A stretch of 64,000 nucleotides of DNA. Origin: Octopus bimaculoides (lineage: Eukaryota). Where the stretch lies: positions 51,087,778-51,151,777 of the forward strand of contig NC_068988.1 in NCBI RefSeq assembly GCF_001194135.2, read 5' to 3'. The notes under the pieces were generated by a model, which ran no database searches, was not told the DNA's origin, and worked only from the letters and a program-made list of their open reading frames with translations. The translations under genes and the position numbers were made by a program. Each line of letters opens with the position of its first letter. Within the stretch, counting starts at the first letter, position 1. Shown here piece by piece: positions 13,376-27,199 of the stretch.

Positions 13376-13720
13376 GTGTGTATATTGTGAAGAGCATCCT
13401 GTAAACATAAGATTATTCTGAAATGAAACAAAGCTAGATAATGAAAGTATATTATTCCATTGCTTCTATTCCCTTGAAGTCCACAAATTAAAATCTTGGA
13501 TAAAAATTGAAATTAATTCTATTTTGTTATATGGCAATGATCTTGTCTTTGGGAAAGCAGAAGGAATCAAAACAATATGTATTTGATTTTATGGCACATA
13601 TGAAATTGTGAAAGTTCTCTTATTTAATAATTTTTTTTTTCCCCTATTAATAATGCTTAATTGATCTTGGGTTGGGTGCTTCTAATTCTACTAACTACCA
13701 CCTCCCTGTTTTATTTCTAG

Positions 13721-13869
13721 ACGGAGTCGTTCGAATGTATGTACCACATGCTTGACTGTCTCCGGTTTTTTAGTCTTGGTAGCTTGTCTTGTTGCCTGTG
13801 GAACTCTGCTTTGGATGCATTTTGCACTACGGAAAAATTTGGACTACTTTCAGAAAAAATTAGAAACAG
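13721..13869 (+). CDS. EFCAB14: EFCAB14-like protein, transmembrane exon (first coding exon visible in the window)
   Basis: Acceptor ttttatttctAG, donor AG|GTAAAG; 149 nt (phase 2 in, phase 1 out). Encodes RSRSNVCTTCLTVSGFLVLVACLVACGTLLWMHFALRKNLDYFQKKLET, matching my recollection of human EFCAB14 CCKICYPLCGFVILAACVVACVGLVWMQVALKEDLDALKEKF. Confidence 0.88.
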
Positions 13870-14291
13870 GTAAAGTTTGTCTTTTACCAAATCTGCCACC
13901 TCAGCGATACACTTTTCTTCCTCATTAACAGCATGCTTTCTTTCTAACTGCACACTTTGTATGCTTTTACTTGTTTTTCAAACATTCCGTTGGGTATTTT
14001 TGTTTTTTTTTTGTTTCTATTTTCGTTTTTGTAACACTTGTTACTGTTGTTTATCTTAACTATAGCACTATTTCAGAAGAAAATAAGTGAAGTATGTGAT
14101 TCGAACATATTTTTGTTGAATTTTCAGAAACAAAAAAAAGAATAATGGTGTTAATTTAAACTTTTATTTTACATCGTCTCTCTCTCTCTCTCTCTCTCTG
14201 TATGTATTTTTTTTTATGTTCCTTTATAATAAAAACAGTTTTACACTAATCTGATGGGTTACTCTATACATTTTTGTTAATTACAAATCTT

Positions 14292-14429
14292 TTATTCTTA
14301 AACAAGAATGTTGTTAACAGTGACTTTGAAGTTTTGGCCAGCTAAGCCATTGTCTGACTGTAGTCTGATGATGGCTTAGCAGGCCAAAATTTTGAAGCCA
14401 ATGTCAACAACATTCTTGTTTAAGAATAA
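14292..14429. repeat. Palindrome (68-bp arms, 2-nt centre) made of two decayed hammerhead-like motifs
   Basis: Arms 14292-14359 and 14362-14429 with 10 mismatches; the outer 24 bp are perfect. CTGATGA at 14365-14371. Confidence 0.85.
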
Positions 14430-17400
14430 TATATATATATATATGATATAAAATTTTGTTTACTTTCAGTAACATAAGTGATCTTAATTTTAAGACTTGT
14501 TGTTTAACCCTGAGTTGGCCTTAGTTTAGTAGAGCTGTAATCAAAGACATCTTAGCCATAATTATCTTGTTTGTATTTTTCTAAGTACAATTTATCTATA
14601 ATCGACCCTGGACTACATTATTGAATCTGTATTATTAGGAGTGTCCTGTCAGAATTGCATTGCATTTCCACTTTCCCCACCTTACTTGACCTGGTTAGTC
14701 TTCATTACGTCACCACCCTCATCACCCATTTCAACCAAGCCCTCCTGCACACTCACTGGTTTTTTTTTTTCTTCTTCATTTCCCCACACAAACTGCTCCA
14801 CATTGCTCTTGAACTTAGTCACTTCATCAGTAGTAATTTTGAACCTAAACAACTGTATATTTTCTTCCCCTCTGAAAGAGGACAAATGTCTGAAACAAGG
14901 AATTAACATTTTTAGAGCACAACATTTATTCCACTGTTTTATTATTTACACTGTCCAATGTATTATTTCTTTATAAGATGGCAGGGTGTGATTTTTGAGA
15001 AGTATTTGGCTACTATTTTTCACAAGACCATATAGAAACCCTTTGACTTGTAATTTCAAGATATGTTCAATATTGTGATGAATTGTTTTTTTTTCTTTTC
15101 TTTTATTATTTAATCATTTCTGTTCATTAATGCAATTTTAGAGGGTTTTTTTGTCATAGCTTTCCTTTTACTGCACTTACCTGAGTTAATCAGGTATGCA
15201 ATGTTGGAAGTATTACCTTACTGCTGTTAGAATTAATCATTGTACCTTGATGTGAGGTCAGTCTTTGTTGATTAGTAAAAGAACTTTCGTTAACCTGTTA
15301 CGTAGTTTTAACATCAATACCAGGCACTTCATTGCTTCAGTGGACCCCATTCAGTTGCAAACATTCAGGCCAAGTCTCTGGTTCAAGAATTCCTTTCTCT
15401 TTCCTTCCCTCTAATCTTGGAAGCCCTGTAAAGAAAGAATCATGGACTTTACCTTTCCTCCTGAGTAAAAAATTAAAAACAAAAAAAGTTTGTTCACCTC
15501 ATTTTTTTTCTCCACTTCTATTGTGGTGGTAGTGGTACTAACCTTTGACTTTGCTACTTGAGAATCTGTTCTCTGAAAGTGAAATTGCAAGTCTATCTTG
15601 CTACAATGTGAACTTAGTTTCCTGAATTTCAAATATTCTGCTATTTTAATACTGGAGGCATCTCAAAGTTTAGCTCTGTTGTCATCATATCATTATTGAG
15701 ATAGTTGAGAGCAAGACTGGACATGCAATGTTCTGCAGCTGGCTTATTGTATTCACTTTAAGTCTTTGAAATTGATTTGTCATCTTATGCCATTATTATA
15801 CAGAACTTCTAAATTCAACTGAACACATTCTCACTACAAAGTTAGGAACATGTTCTCACACAAAAATAACAGAAACTTTGGTTATTACTTCTTTAAATAC
15901 TTTTTAAAGCAATACTTTGTGCAGTAACTGTCTTTTAGCAAACTTGTGTTCATCCCTAAGATAATGACTCACACTGGTTCAAATAAAAAAGGATTAAACA
16001 AAATGGGACACAGGGGTGCTGTGTGGTTAAGAAATTTGTTTCACACCATGTGGTTCTGAATTCATTCCCAATGTTTTCTACTATAGCCTTGAGTTAATTA
16101 ATGCCTTGTGAGTGAAATTTGGTTATCAGAAACTGTGAGGGAGCCCTCTGTGTATATGTGCTTATGAATGTATGTATGTGTATGTCTTTCACTGAAAGAT
16201 GTAAACATTAGCTTGAAAGTTGATAAATCAATGCTTTAGAATAAAATGAAATTGTAATATACATTCCGCTCAAGTTGCGCAGATGCTTAAAATATAACTT
16301 CCACATCATAAATCTAGTGAATCTGCGATTAACCTAAACAAAAATTGTGACTAAAGATACTATTGTTCATAAAAATGTGATACAGAAAAAAGTAAAAAAA
16401 AACAATGTTTATATATTTAAATGTTATTTCTTTCTGTCCATTTATATAAGTCAGTATATACTAGACAGTTCAACAAATGTAAATATTTGCATTAAATGTA
16501 TTTACAATAGACTGTTTGTTTTGCCTACTTGCTAGTTTAGTTACTTGAAAATATCCTTTACCCATTTTTGTCTGGAATGAGAGGAGCAAACAGGTTAACT
16601 GAAGACACGTTACAAAGACAAAGCTTTTAAATGTTGATCTTTGCATTGTATGTCCAACATATTTGAGTTCTCTTCTTTCTTATGGACACTAAAGAACTGT
16701 AAACTTCTTACCTTATCTGTAATAATGGCTTCTTAAAAAGGTACATGATCACACATTTGGGAGAAGGAGTGTGATTGCAATTGATTATATTGACCCTCAG
16801 TTCTTATATATTGTTTTATTAACCCTGGAAGGTTGAAACACACAATTAGTTTTGGCAGAATTTAAACTTAGAATATCAAGAAAATATCCTGCAGCTATTT
16901 GCTGCAAGGCATTTTGCTTGATGCTCTGCCTATCTAGCAGTTGTGAAACTGGCTTCCATCAGGAAGTGAATAGACAATAGTCAACTTTATCTTTACTTCT
17001 TCTTCACAGTAAACACTGTTTCTTCTCTTCACTTGAAATCAATATAATGCAAACAAGTTTCTTATGGAAATTACTTATTGGAAGTTAGCATTTTGATTTA
17101 CAATGCTATGAGCTATTAGTTATAATTAAGTTACCTCAACCACCTTACACTTGAATAACCCGTCCACTTCTGTTATTCAATTATTCTTTTGTGTTTTTAC
17201 TCATTACATTACCAGTGTTTTGTTTTCACTTTTGTTTTCCTATAAATACAGATTCTGTTTTGAGGTTTTTTTTTTCATGCCTTTCCTTTAATAGTACAAT
17301 GTGGCACAAGCACTGTATTGTATGACGACAGTAGCCAAAGCAGGAAGATTAATAATGGCCTATGTTAGCTTGAATAAAAGTGGTGGGGGAGAACACTCCT

Positions 17401-17697
17401 TGAAATGGCACATGAGTACTGCCGTATATGTAACCTCTTACTCTTTCCCCATTTGTACATGGCAGTGAGGCTTATTGCTGGTTTCAGATGTTTACACCAA
17501 AATATCTGATTGTAGGTATGTTACTATATATGAACACAAACAGATTTGATCTGGTAAGCTTTAGCTAACTCTGCTCTGTAGATATTAATGCCATAACCAT
17601 CTGGTTACCATTTCTGATGGCATATAAGATACACTTTTGCTTTTTCAATGTCTCAAAGTATAGCCATCGGTCTTATATGTGAAGTTGCTTTAAATAC

Positions 17698-17884
17698 TAT
17701 GATGGTTGGAATGGTGATCAGATGTTCATGTTTGGCTTTAAATTACACCTCAGTTATTTTACATTTGTACATCTCAAGTGCACATGTACAGTACTTGATG
17801 GAACTTGATATGTACATCTATAATATAACTGAGATGCAATTTAAAACCAAACTTGAACATCTGATCACGTTTCCAACTATCATA
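17698..17884. repeat. Foldback (82-bp arms, 23-nt loop), MITE-like
   Basis: Arms 17698-17779 and 17803-17884, 12 mismatches counted by eye. Confidence 0.85.
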
Positions 17885-18454
17885 ATCTTGTCATTAATGT
17901 TAAGATGCATTAATGCAGCTCTGAGATTTAGGATTTTAAATATATCACCCCATTTAAATACAAGTAGGGTATTTAAGGTAGGTTTGGCAACTAAATTCAA
18001 GCAACATGTTAAGTAACTATCCAGAAGCTTCTCTGTAAGCTGTGTCAAATGTATATATATATAACTGTGAAGATACAAGGTGTATTTATCATTTATTAAT
18101 CTCAGAATGAGCAAATGTTACTTGAGCATGCAGCAGAGTCAGTCACTTTTACACTCCTTACTTTTAGAAATGTTATTCTTCATCATCATCATTAGATTGG
18201 TGAAGTAACCAAAAGAGCATCAAAGAAACACCTCTTAGTCTTTAGTCACCTGACACGATATTCTGAGATCCAAACTCTGCCAAAGGCATTGTTGTCTGTC
18301 ACTCTTTCAAGTTGATAAAAGTATCTGATAATTCCAAGTATTAGTATAACATTTTAAGTTAACTACATCTTGCCTTTGAAATTTATAGTCACATACCAAA
18401 GTTAGAAACATATATTTAACATTTGTTTAATTATTCCGTCCTGGCACAGAGGTG

Positions 18455-18638
18455 TATGTATGTATGTATGTATGTATGTATGTACAGATGTACCGGAAAA
18501 AATAAACGTTGGCCGATTTAAAATTGATAACCTCTGTTTTGCGTCGCATCTGTTATCTTGTTCCGGTATTGTTTGGATTTTGCAATTAATGTGTCTATAT
18601 ATATATGTTTGTATATATATATATGTATATATATATGT

Positions 18639-18683
<45 letters not shown>

Positions 18684-18758
18684 TATGTGTGTGTGTGTGT
18701 GTGTGTACACACGCACACATGCATATATACATACATATATGGGAGGGAGCATAGCCAC

Positions 18759-18817
<59 letters not shown>
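18455..18817. repeat. Microsatellite cluster (TATG)n, (TA)n, (TG)n, (GATA)n
   Basis: Directly visible. Confidence 0.95.
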
Positions 18818-18990
18818 CAAACCGTTTTGAAATTCATGCTGAAATGCAAGTACTGTATTAACTAAATGTTTACCCTAAACCAGCATGGAAGGGTTACCTA
18901 ATTAGTTTCGGTCGGAAATATACGTCGAAAGAATTTTGAAACAGATACACATACATAGCTCCATACATAAGCACCTGTGCACGCATATAA

Positions 18991-19021
<31 letters not shown>

Positions 19022-21139
19022 NNNNNNNNNNTATAATGGTTGGAAAAATAAGGATGCATGAGAATTGAGAGTTGTGTCAGGTTTAAAAAAAGGGTTAAAA
19101 GTTTGTGTTAAGCAGGAAGTGTGTGTAAGGGGAGACAAATGTTTTTAGTTGGAGTTATGAACTCTTTTTCAACAGGAAGTTTATGTCTAGGAACAGACAT
19201 AAACTTCCATGGCTTCAGAAGCAAGAAGCAAGTTGATGATGATGTTGACTGGAAAACTTAACACTACAGCCCATCATAACTTTGATACAAGCAATCACTA
19301 ATATAAACAAATGTATATATGTATATAGACACACGCATGCATGATGCATAAATAAACAAATCAATAGATAACTTTTTAAGCTTCCATCTACCACATGCAC
19401 ACACAAGGCTTTAGTTAGCTCAAGGCTACAAAAGACATTTGCCTTAGGTATTGCACGTTGGGTCTGAACCCTGAACTACTTGGTTTGGAAACAAACTTCT
19501 TAACCACATAGCCATACTATATCATTTATTTAAATATCATTGAGGCCAGTCTTCTGAGAGGGAAAAAAATAATATAAAATGCAACTAGCTAGTAATCTTT
19601 CTTAAAATATGAGATGCAATATTAGTTGCTGATAAATTCTTGAAATAACTCTTACGCAAGCTATATGCTATTAACATGAATAAGTTACATTGCAGGATAA
19701 ACTTATAAAAAGTACCATATTGATATGATATTCTTTGAATTTATATTTAACCTTTTCACTGTGAAATTACATTTCAAGGTTATTCCAGTAATGATGTTAA
19801 ATATCTACCCCCCCCCAAAAAAAAGAAGAACTGGTATTTTCTGCAAGTCACTTAACTAGCCTCAATAGAAAGTAGTTTCAAACATGACATTCCTCAACAA
19901 AAGATAGATTGAAATTTTGGGTGTTCCAAAAGTAGGTTTACAGTTACCACATAGGCACTTTAAATTCCTTTTAAAACATTTTATTACATTTATATTTCTA
20001 TCTTTCAATTAACAAAATTAGCATAGAATAATGGTTTCATATATTTTTATAATTAAGATCTAAGCTGTTAATATATGAATGCAAAAGGCCACCCTGTATA
20101 TGATTTTTATAATAAAAGGGTGAAATGTGTGCCAGTCAGCTTGGTTTTCAGCTGTCACTTTACAGGTAACATTTTAACAATAGTTATTTTCAAGTAACAA
20201 TTGTTGTATAGGTCACTTCAGACAGAGAAAGAATACCCCACTGCTTCTACTTCATAGTTTTATTTTTCTCTTTCCTTTTCGCATTCCTTCTTTGGGATAC
20301 AGCCAAGAGCAATATAATGACAGGCATTCCGACAGGTCGACCAGTTTTTCAGATTGAACAATTATTTCATTTCCATTAATCAGATCTACAGTTTAACAGG
20401 TACATGTCACTGGAGTGGAAGGAAACAAATTCATAGTTCATTGTGTGTGTGTAGAAAAAGCTAAAAAGTGGAATGAATGTTTAAACATCTGATATGAAAT
20501 TTGTTCTAATATTTACATCTACATTATATTTTGATCAACTTGATCCCTCCATCACTGCCTACATGAATATTTCATCAACTTTTCCCCTAATACCAGGCTG
20601 GATTGAAATGTGCATATGTGTGTGTGGTTGCCCTTACATACAGGCTCATCCCTTGCAACCTGCTGAGTGTTCCTAATCTTGCGGGCTCATAGGTGTTGGT
20701 GCCATGAAAAAAGCACCTGTGCCACTGCTGCATAAAAGCACCCAATACACTCTGTAAAGTGGTTGGCATTAGGAAGGGCATCCAGCTGTAGAAACCATGC
20801 CAAAAACAGACAGGGAGCCTGAACAGGCCTTCAGCTGGTTAGTTCCTGTCATACTGTCCAACCCATGCATCTCTCACATATGAAGTTTACTTACTGCTAG
20901 TGTGTACTTTCTCATCATTTTAACATCCTCTTTTTCATGCTTGCATCGATCAAAGTTTTGTGAGGCAGATTTCCTACAGCTGAATGCCCTTCCAATTGCT
21001 AACCCGTACCTGTTTCACTGCAAGGTAACATTTTCTCATGACCAGTCTTGTTCTCACAGAATATTAGGAATGAAAAACACAGCATGTATGACAGTGACAT
21101 GCATTTACAACTTTTACACAATGTCAAGAAAAATAAACA

Positions 21140-21530
21140 GAGTGGCTGTGTGGTAAGTAGCTTGCTTACGAACCACATGGTTCCGGGTTCAGTCCCACTA
21201 CGTAGCACCTTGGGCAAGTGTCTTCTACTATAGCCTCGGGCCGACCAAAGCTTTGTGAGTGGATTTGGTAGACGGAAACTAAAAGAAGTCTGTTGTGTAT
21301 GTATATGTATATATATGTGTGTGTGTTTGTGTGTTTGCCCCCCCCCCACCATCTCTTGACAACCAATGCCAGTGTGTTTACGTCCCCGTAACTTACCAGT
21401 TCGGCAAAAAGAACCAATAGAATAGATACTAAGCTTACAAAGAATAAGTCCTGAGATCAGTTTGCTTCACTAAAGGCCGTGCTCCGGCATGGCCACAGTC
21501 AAATGACTGAAACAAATAAAAGAATAAATA
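21140..21530 (+). mobile_element. SINE family A, full copy
   Basis: Colinear with the 22794 copy; followed by an inverted head fragment at about 21540-21700. Confidence 0.88.
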
Positions 21531-22793
21531 TGCATACACACAACAGATTTCTTTAAGTTCCTGGCTCCAAAATACACTCACAAAGCTTTGGTTGATTCAG
21601 AGCTATAATAGGAGACACTTGCCCAAGGTGTCACACAGTGAGGCTGGACCCATAACCATATGGTTGGGAAACAAACTTCTTAACTACACAACCATACCTG
21701 TGAATATGTGTGTGTGTGGTGTACATACATTCATGCACAAATGCATATACATGAAAAAAGTACTATCTGTCCAATACAACAACAGTGGTGATATTCTTGA
21801 CACTATGATTCAAAAACATGAGAATAGAAAAGCACCAGGAAGTGACTTGTTCATCAGATATTGGTTAAAAAGAAATTTCCTTCTACTGAGAGTTGGAGTG
21901 AATATTTCATCAACTTTTACTAGCAACCTCACAATGGAGATACAAATTTAACAAAGCTTGTTGGCACTAGCAGAAACAAAACTGATACTTCACAGCAAAG
22001 CTATTCACACAGTGAAAAAGTAGTGGCTAGAATCTAATGCATTAAATATATAAATACATCCTGTCTGAGCGTATTCCTCCAGGCCCCTGTAACAATGTCC
22101 ATCACAGCTTTTTCTCTATTAATGGAAAATTTGAAAAAGAAAGCCAGAACATAATATGCACGTGTGTGTGTCTAGGTATAATGTTACGAAATTCAAGTCA
22201 GTCTTTATTTATGCAAGTTTCATACTAAGTGTAGTTTGCAAATAAAGCAATATGTTACTGTAAGCAGGGCAGCTTAGTATGTATTGTCTGAAGTCCTTTA
22301 CATACAAACCATTCTCAATGAGAAAATAATACTACTACTTGTTGTTGTAATAAGTTTGAATTTCTCCACTTGAGTACTTTCCTTTGTACTAGTCAAACAC
22401 AGCTACTGCTGCTGCTGCTACAACTGATGTGTTCGTACATAGTTATCATCATTAAGGTGGTGGATTTGCCGAGCTTTTAAAGCATCAGACATACTGCCTT
22501 GCAGTATATGTTCCAGCCTTATACAGTCTGATTTCAAATCCTGTTGTGGTTAACTCTTCTGTTCATCTCTCTGAAGTCAATAAGATAAAGTACCTGTCAA
22601 ACACTAAGGTCTGTAGTATTGATTAAGCTCCTCCCTTTAAAAATTACTGGCCTTGTGACTGAGATTAGAAACAGTGGAGCTGGCAGAATTGTTAGAACAG
22701 TTGAAAAAATGTCATGTGGTATTTGTCCCAGTTCCTTACATTCTGAGTTCATATCCTCCCTTAGCCAACTTAGGATTGATAGAATAAAGTATA

Positions 22794-23192
22794 GGCGCAG
22801 GAGTGGCTGTGTGGTAAATAGCTTGCTTACCAACCACATGGTTCCGGGTTCAGTCCCACTGCGTGGCACCTTGGGCAAGTGTCTTCTACTATAGCCTCGG
22901 GTCGACCAAAGCCTTGTGAGTGGATTTGGTAGACGGAAACTGAAAGAAGCCCATCGTATATATGTATATATATGTATGTGTGTGTATATGTTTGTGTGTC
23001 TGTGTTTGTCCCCCAACATCGCTTGACAACCGACGCCCGTGTGTTTACGTCCCTGTAACTTAGCGGTTCGGCAAAAGAGAGCGATAGAATAAGTACAAGG
23101 CTTACAAAGAATAAGTCCTGGGGTCGAGTTGCTCGACTAAAGGCGGTGCTCCAGTATGGCCACAGTCAAATGACTGAAACGAGTAAAAGAGT
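22794..23192 (+). mobile_element. tRNA-derived SINE family A, best-preserved full copy
   Basis: A-box TGGCTGTGTGG, B-box GGTTCAGTCCC, CCTTGGGCAAGT core-like block, central (TA/TG)n, tail CTGAAAC.AGTAAAAGA. More than 15 copies in the window. Confidence 0.9.
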
Positions 23193-23301
23193 CAAGTATT
23201 GGGATTTATAGTACTGTCTAGTCCCCTCCCCTCAAAATTGCAGGCCTTGTGGTGCCTAAATTAGAAACAGTTATTATCAGAAACGGAAGCTTCTTCAATT
23301 G

Positions 23302-24132
23302 TATGAGAGAGTATTCAGAAACCGGAATTTTCCAATGTTATTTTATTCACTTAGTTTTACATGTTTACACTTTTATTGTCTTCAAAGTATTCTCCATTTG
23401 AAGCAATGCATTTGTCCAGGCGCGTTTTCCACTACTTGAAGCAATGCTGGAACTCTTGTGAAGTGATACCTTTTAATGCCTCCATCATTGTTTCCTTCAC
23501 CTCTTCCACATCTACAAATTCCATAGCACCAGCTTGCATCACCAGTGATGACCATTGAAAAAAGGTCTGGATCAACTTCCTACTGTTCTTTCAGCTCATG
23601 ACACGCATTCAGTCATGACTGTTTTTGATCTTCCATGAGCAAGAGAGGCACAAATTTTGCTGCAACTCATTACATTTGCAATTTTTCGCTCAAAATACAT
23701 TGGCAGGAACTCTAGGACACACCAGTCATATCAACAAGTTTCTCAATTGTTCAGTGACAGTCCTCCAAAATCAGTTCATGAATTTTCGTGATGTCTTCAT
23801 TCATTTGGCAGATTGATGGTCATTGTGAATGAGCAATAAGTGACCATTCCTAAAGCATGAAAACCACTTGCAAACTTGTGTTTTGCTCATGACAGCATCC
23901 TTGTAAGCTGTTTGAAGCATGACAACTGTTTCTGCAACTGTTTTCCCCAAACAAGGGAGAAACACTGCAAAACAAAGATGCACCATGTGGCAGTATGACT
24001 TCACCTGACAGTGCCAGTCAGTAGACTGATACCTGGGGCTTGCATCAAGTGGGTTCTAGCAGTGGAAACCTGAACTACCATGGGTTTGTCCCACAGAGAG
24101 CGTTTCTGGTTACTTTTGGGTACCCCCTCATA
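23302..24132 (-). mobile_element. Internally deleted mariner element with imperfect TIRs and TA at both ends
   Basis: Ends read TATGAGAGAGTATTCAG and (reverse complement) TATGAGGGGGTACCCAA. LGKTVAETVVMLQTAY..MSKTQVCKWF, AAKFVP and VITGDASWCYG are fused directly to FVDVEEVK...DKCIASNGEYFE. Confidence 0.85.
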
Positions 24133-25261
24133 TCTTTAAGTTTCACATTGCTGGTTATTCATTTGAAGTAGTGTGACTGTAAAAATAATAACATAACCAA
24201 ACATACCACATTGAAATATGATTGATTGTTGAGATTTGACTGATTGATGAAAATCTGCTAAAAAAATGTCACATATTCAATTTTCAAATGTCATCTATAG
24301 GAAATGTGAACTATTCATCTATTCACATGCAAATACATATGATATTTTCATGTCTTTAGTAAACATACAAAAAACAACAAAGGTATGCATTCTAAATTCA
24401 TATCAGTTGCAGCATTCCTTGCTTTCATTGTCTTCTACGATACTGAATCTATGAAAATATCATGTTTTGACATATGAATAGACAGATGTTTGATGCATTT
24501 TCTAATGGTTTTCCAGCAACCAATTGAATTGTGATGATTAATCGTATTTCAATGCATTTACAAATATTTTTACTTATATATTGTCACACTACTTTTGTCT
24601 TCCAATCATTTGAATAATCAACATGAAATTCAATTACAAAAAACTTCAGCTTCTAATAAAATATTTACCCTACTAATAGAATAAACTCTCTCTTTAATAC
24701 TTCGTAAACACATTCACAATCTATATCTATTTACCTGCCTAACATTTGTGTGTGTGTGTACATGATGGGCTTCAGTAGGAATTCCGTCTCCTGATTTTAC
24801 TTACAAGACATTGAACAGCCTGGAGCTACAGTAGAAAACACTTCCCCATTGTGCCATGTATTGGAATGAATCTGAAAGCATGCAGTTGTAAAGTGAACCT
24901 CATATATATATGTGTGTGTGTGTACATATATGCGTATATATATGTGTATATATGTGTCATCGTTTAATGTCTGTTTTCCATGCTGGCATGGGTTGGGTTG
25001 TTTGACTGAGGCCTGAAAAGCCAGTTAGTGTACTTACTTGCTTGCCCTGAATATTAATATATATATATATATATATATATATCATCATCATCGTTTAACA
25101 TCTGCTTTCCATGCTAGCATGGGTTGGACGATTTGACTGAGGACTGGTGAACCAGAAGGCTGCACCAGGCTCCAATCTGATCTGGCAGAGTTTCTACAGC
25201 TGGATGCCCTTCCTAATGCCAACCACTCTGAGAGTGTAGTGGGTGCTTTTACGTGCTACCG

Positions 25262-25760
25262 GCGTGTATTTGTATATATGTGTGTATATATATGTGTATA
25301 TATATATGTGTGTGTATGTATATATGTNNNNNNNNNNNNNNNNNNNNNNNNNNNNNNNNNNNATATATGTGTATATATATATGTGTGTGTATGTATATAT
25401 ATGTGTATATATATATATATGTGTGTGTATGTATATATGTGTGTGTATGTATATATGTGTGTGTATGTATATATGTGTGTATGTATATGTGTGTATGTAT
25501 ATATGTGTGTATGTATATATGTGTGTATGTATATATGTGTGTATGTATATATGTGTGTATGTATATATGTGTGTTTGTATATATGTGTGTATGTATATAT
25601 GTGTGTATGTATATATGTGTGTAAGTATATATGTGTATATGTATATATGTGTGTATGTATATATGTGTGTATGTATATATGTATATATGTGTGTGTATGT
25701 ATATATGTATGTATATGTGTGTATATATGTATGTGTGTATAATATGCATGATGTATGTGT
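25262..25760. repeat. Compound (TG)/(TA) micro/minisatellite
   Basis: Repeats of roughly GTGTGTATGTATATAT, with an N-gap. Confidence 0.95.
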
Positions 25761-26537
25761 GTAGCTGTATATCTTTTATGAATATACAAAATGTGAAGAA
25801 CAGGGAAATGAAAAGCCAAAAACAACTTCTGAGAATGCTTCCAAACAGTAATACATTACACAATATTTATTTTGCCCAAGTTGCACAGATACTCTCTTGC
25901 TATTATTGTGTCAGAAATTCAAGAGATTAATAATTGGAAGTCGATTGTCAACAACTCTATTCTTACACCAAATGTGATGAAAAATAATTTTTTTTATTAA
26001 AACACAAGCTCTTCTTTGAATAAAATTTGCTAGTCAGAATACGTCAGAGGTGAGAGAGACTGTTTCTGCTCTAATTAGTAAAATTTCAGTTTCTGATCTC
26101 AGTTTTTGTATATTGTTACATATTATATGACGTCAGCAATCATGGAAAGATTCCTGTTATTCTTTCTTTCTGTCTTTACATTTGAGCTGAAAGTAATCTA
26201 GTTTCTAACTCGGGTAAGCTATTAATGTAGTGTTTAGTTTACCTGGCTTAGGTGAAAGAAGGAAGACAGTATGACTGCATTGTTGAAGTTTAGTTTGAGT
26301 ATTTTGTTAAACAGCAAAAGCATTTTCTTACACAACCAGAACTGAAGAAATAGGAAAAGTAGATTTTGCATGCACTCACTCATGCATGCGCGCGCGCACA
26401 CACACAAACACACAGTGTGTGTAAAAACATTTAAAGACAGATTGAATACTGATTACATGTATTGATAGTTTGTTGCTAGTTCCTTCTGATTCACTTTCAA
26501 ATATCGTTTGTATCTGTATCATTTTAGTTTTAAGACG

Positions 26538-26570
<33 letters not shown>

Positions 26571-27199
26571 ATAGATAACTGGTTAAGAAGTTTACTTCTC
26601 AAATCCAGAGGTGTTAAGGCAGATCCCACTCTGCAGTGCTCTGGGTAAGTGTCTTCTACCATGGTTATAAGTTGAGCAAAGCCTTGTGAATGAACTGGGG
26701 TAGACAGAAACTGGTGTGATGGCCTATCCGTCAGATGGTAGGCAACTGTAATTCAAAGGGTTGCAATAATGACAATAAAGGGAGGGAGAGAGTAATAACA
26801 GCTACATGTTTGCTGGTAGGAGAGAGATCAAGTGATAGTCATATAAATAGTCGATAGTAAAAGAGGGTGATGGATGACCTGGAGGAAAGAGAATGAGGAT
26901 TTGCAATACAGGCAAGTAATGTTAGATGGTAAGACAGGGTAAGCGTTGCTTAGTCATGGAGTTAAGGTGATGGTAGGAGTGAGTGTCCAAGAGTGATGAA
27001 TGTTAGTAATGAATGACCTGGGAGACAGAGAGAGAGAGAGAGAGTAATAGTGTGAGAGAGTGGTGTATCTGATATCAATTGCTCTAATACAGTACCTCAT
27101 TACCAAGAGAGAAAGAGAGGTAGAGTATTACAGATGGTGGACTTTGGAGTTGAATATGGAGAGATCCAAATCCAGCAGGATTTCTACAGGTAGATCAAC

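Noticed and set aside
13717-13953. Minus-strand ORF MQLERKHAVNEEEK...
   Set aside because: Antisense shadow of the real + strand exon at 13721-13869.
18402-18849. Cluster of overlapping ORFs
   Set aside because: Microsatellite-derived.
20240-20400. Possible cassette exon in the 23.5-kb intron
   Set aside because: In-frame stop, weak donor, and nearby TcMar-like terminal sequence (CCACCCTGTATA at about 20089).
25239-25930. Long ORFs (up to 204 aa) rich in C/V/Y/I/M or H/T/Y/I
   Set aside because: Translations of a TG/TA microsatellite, open in many frames.
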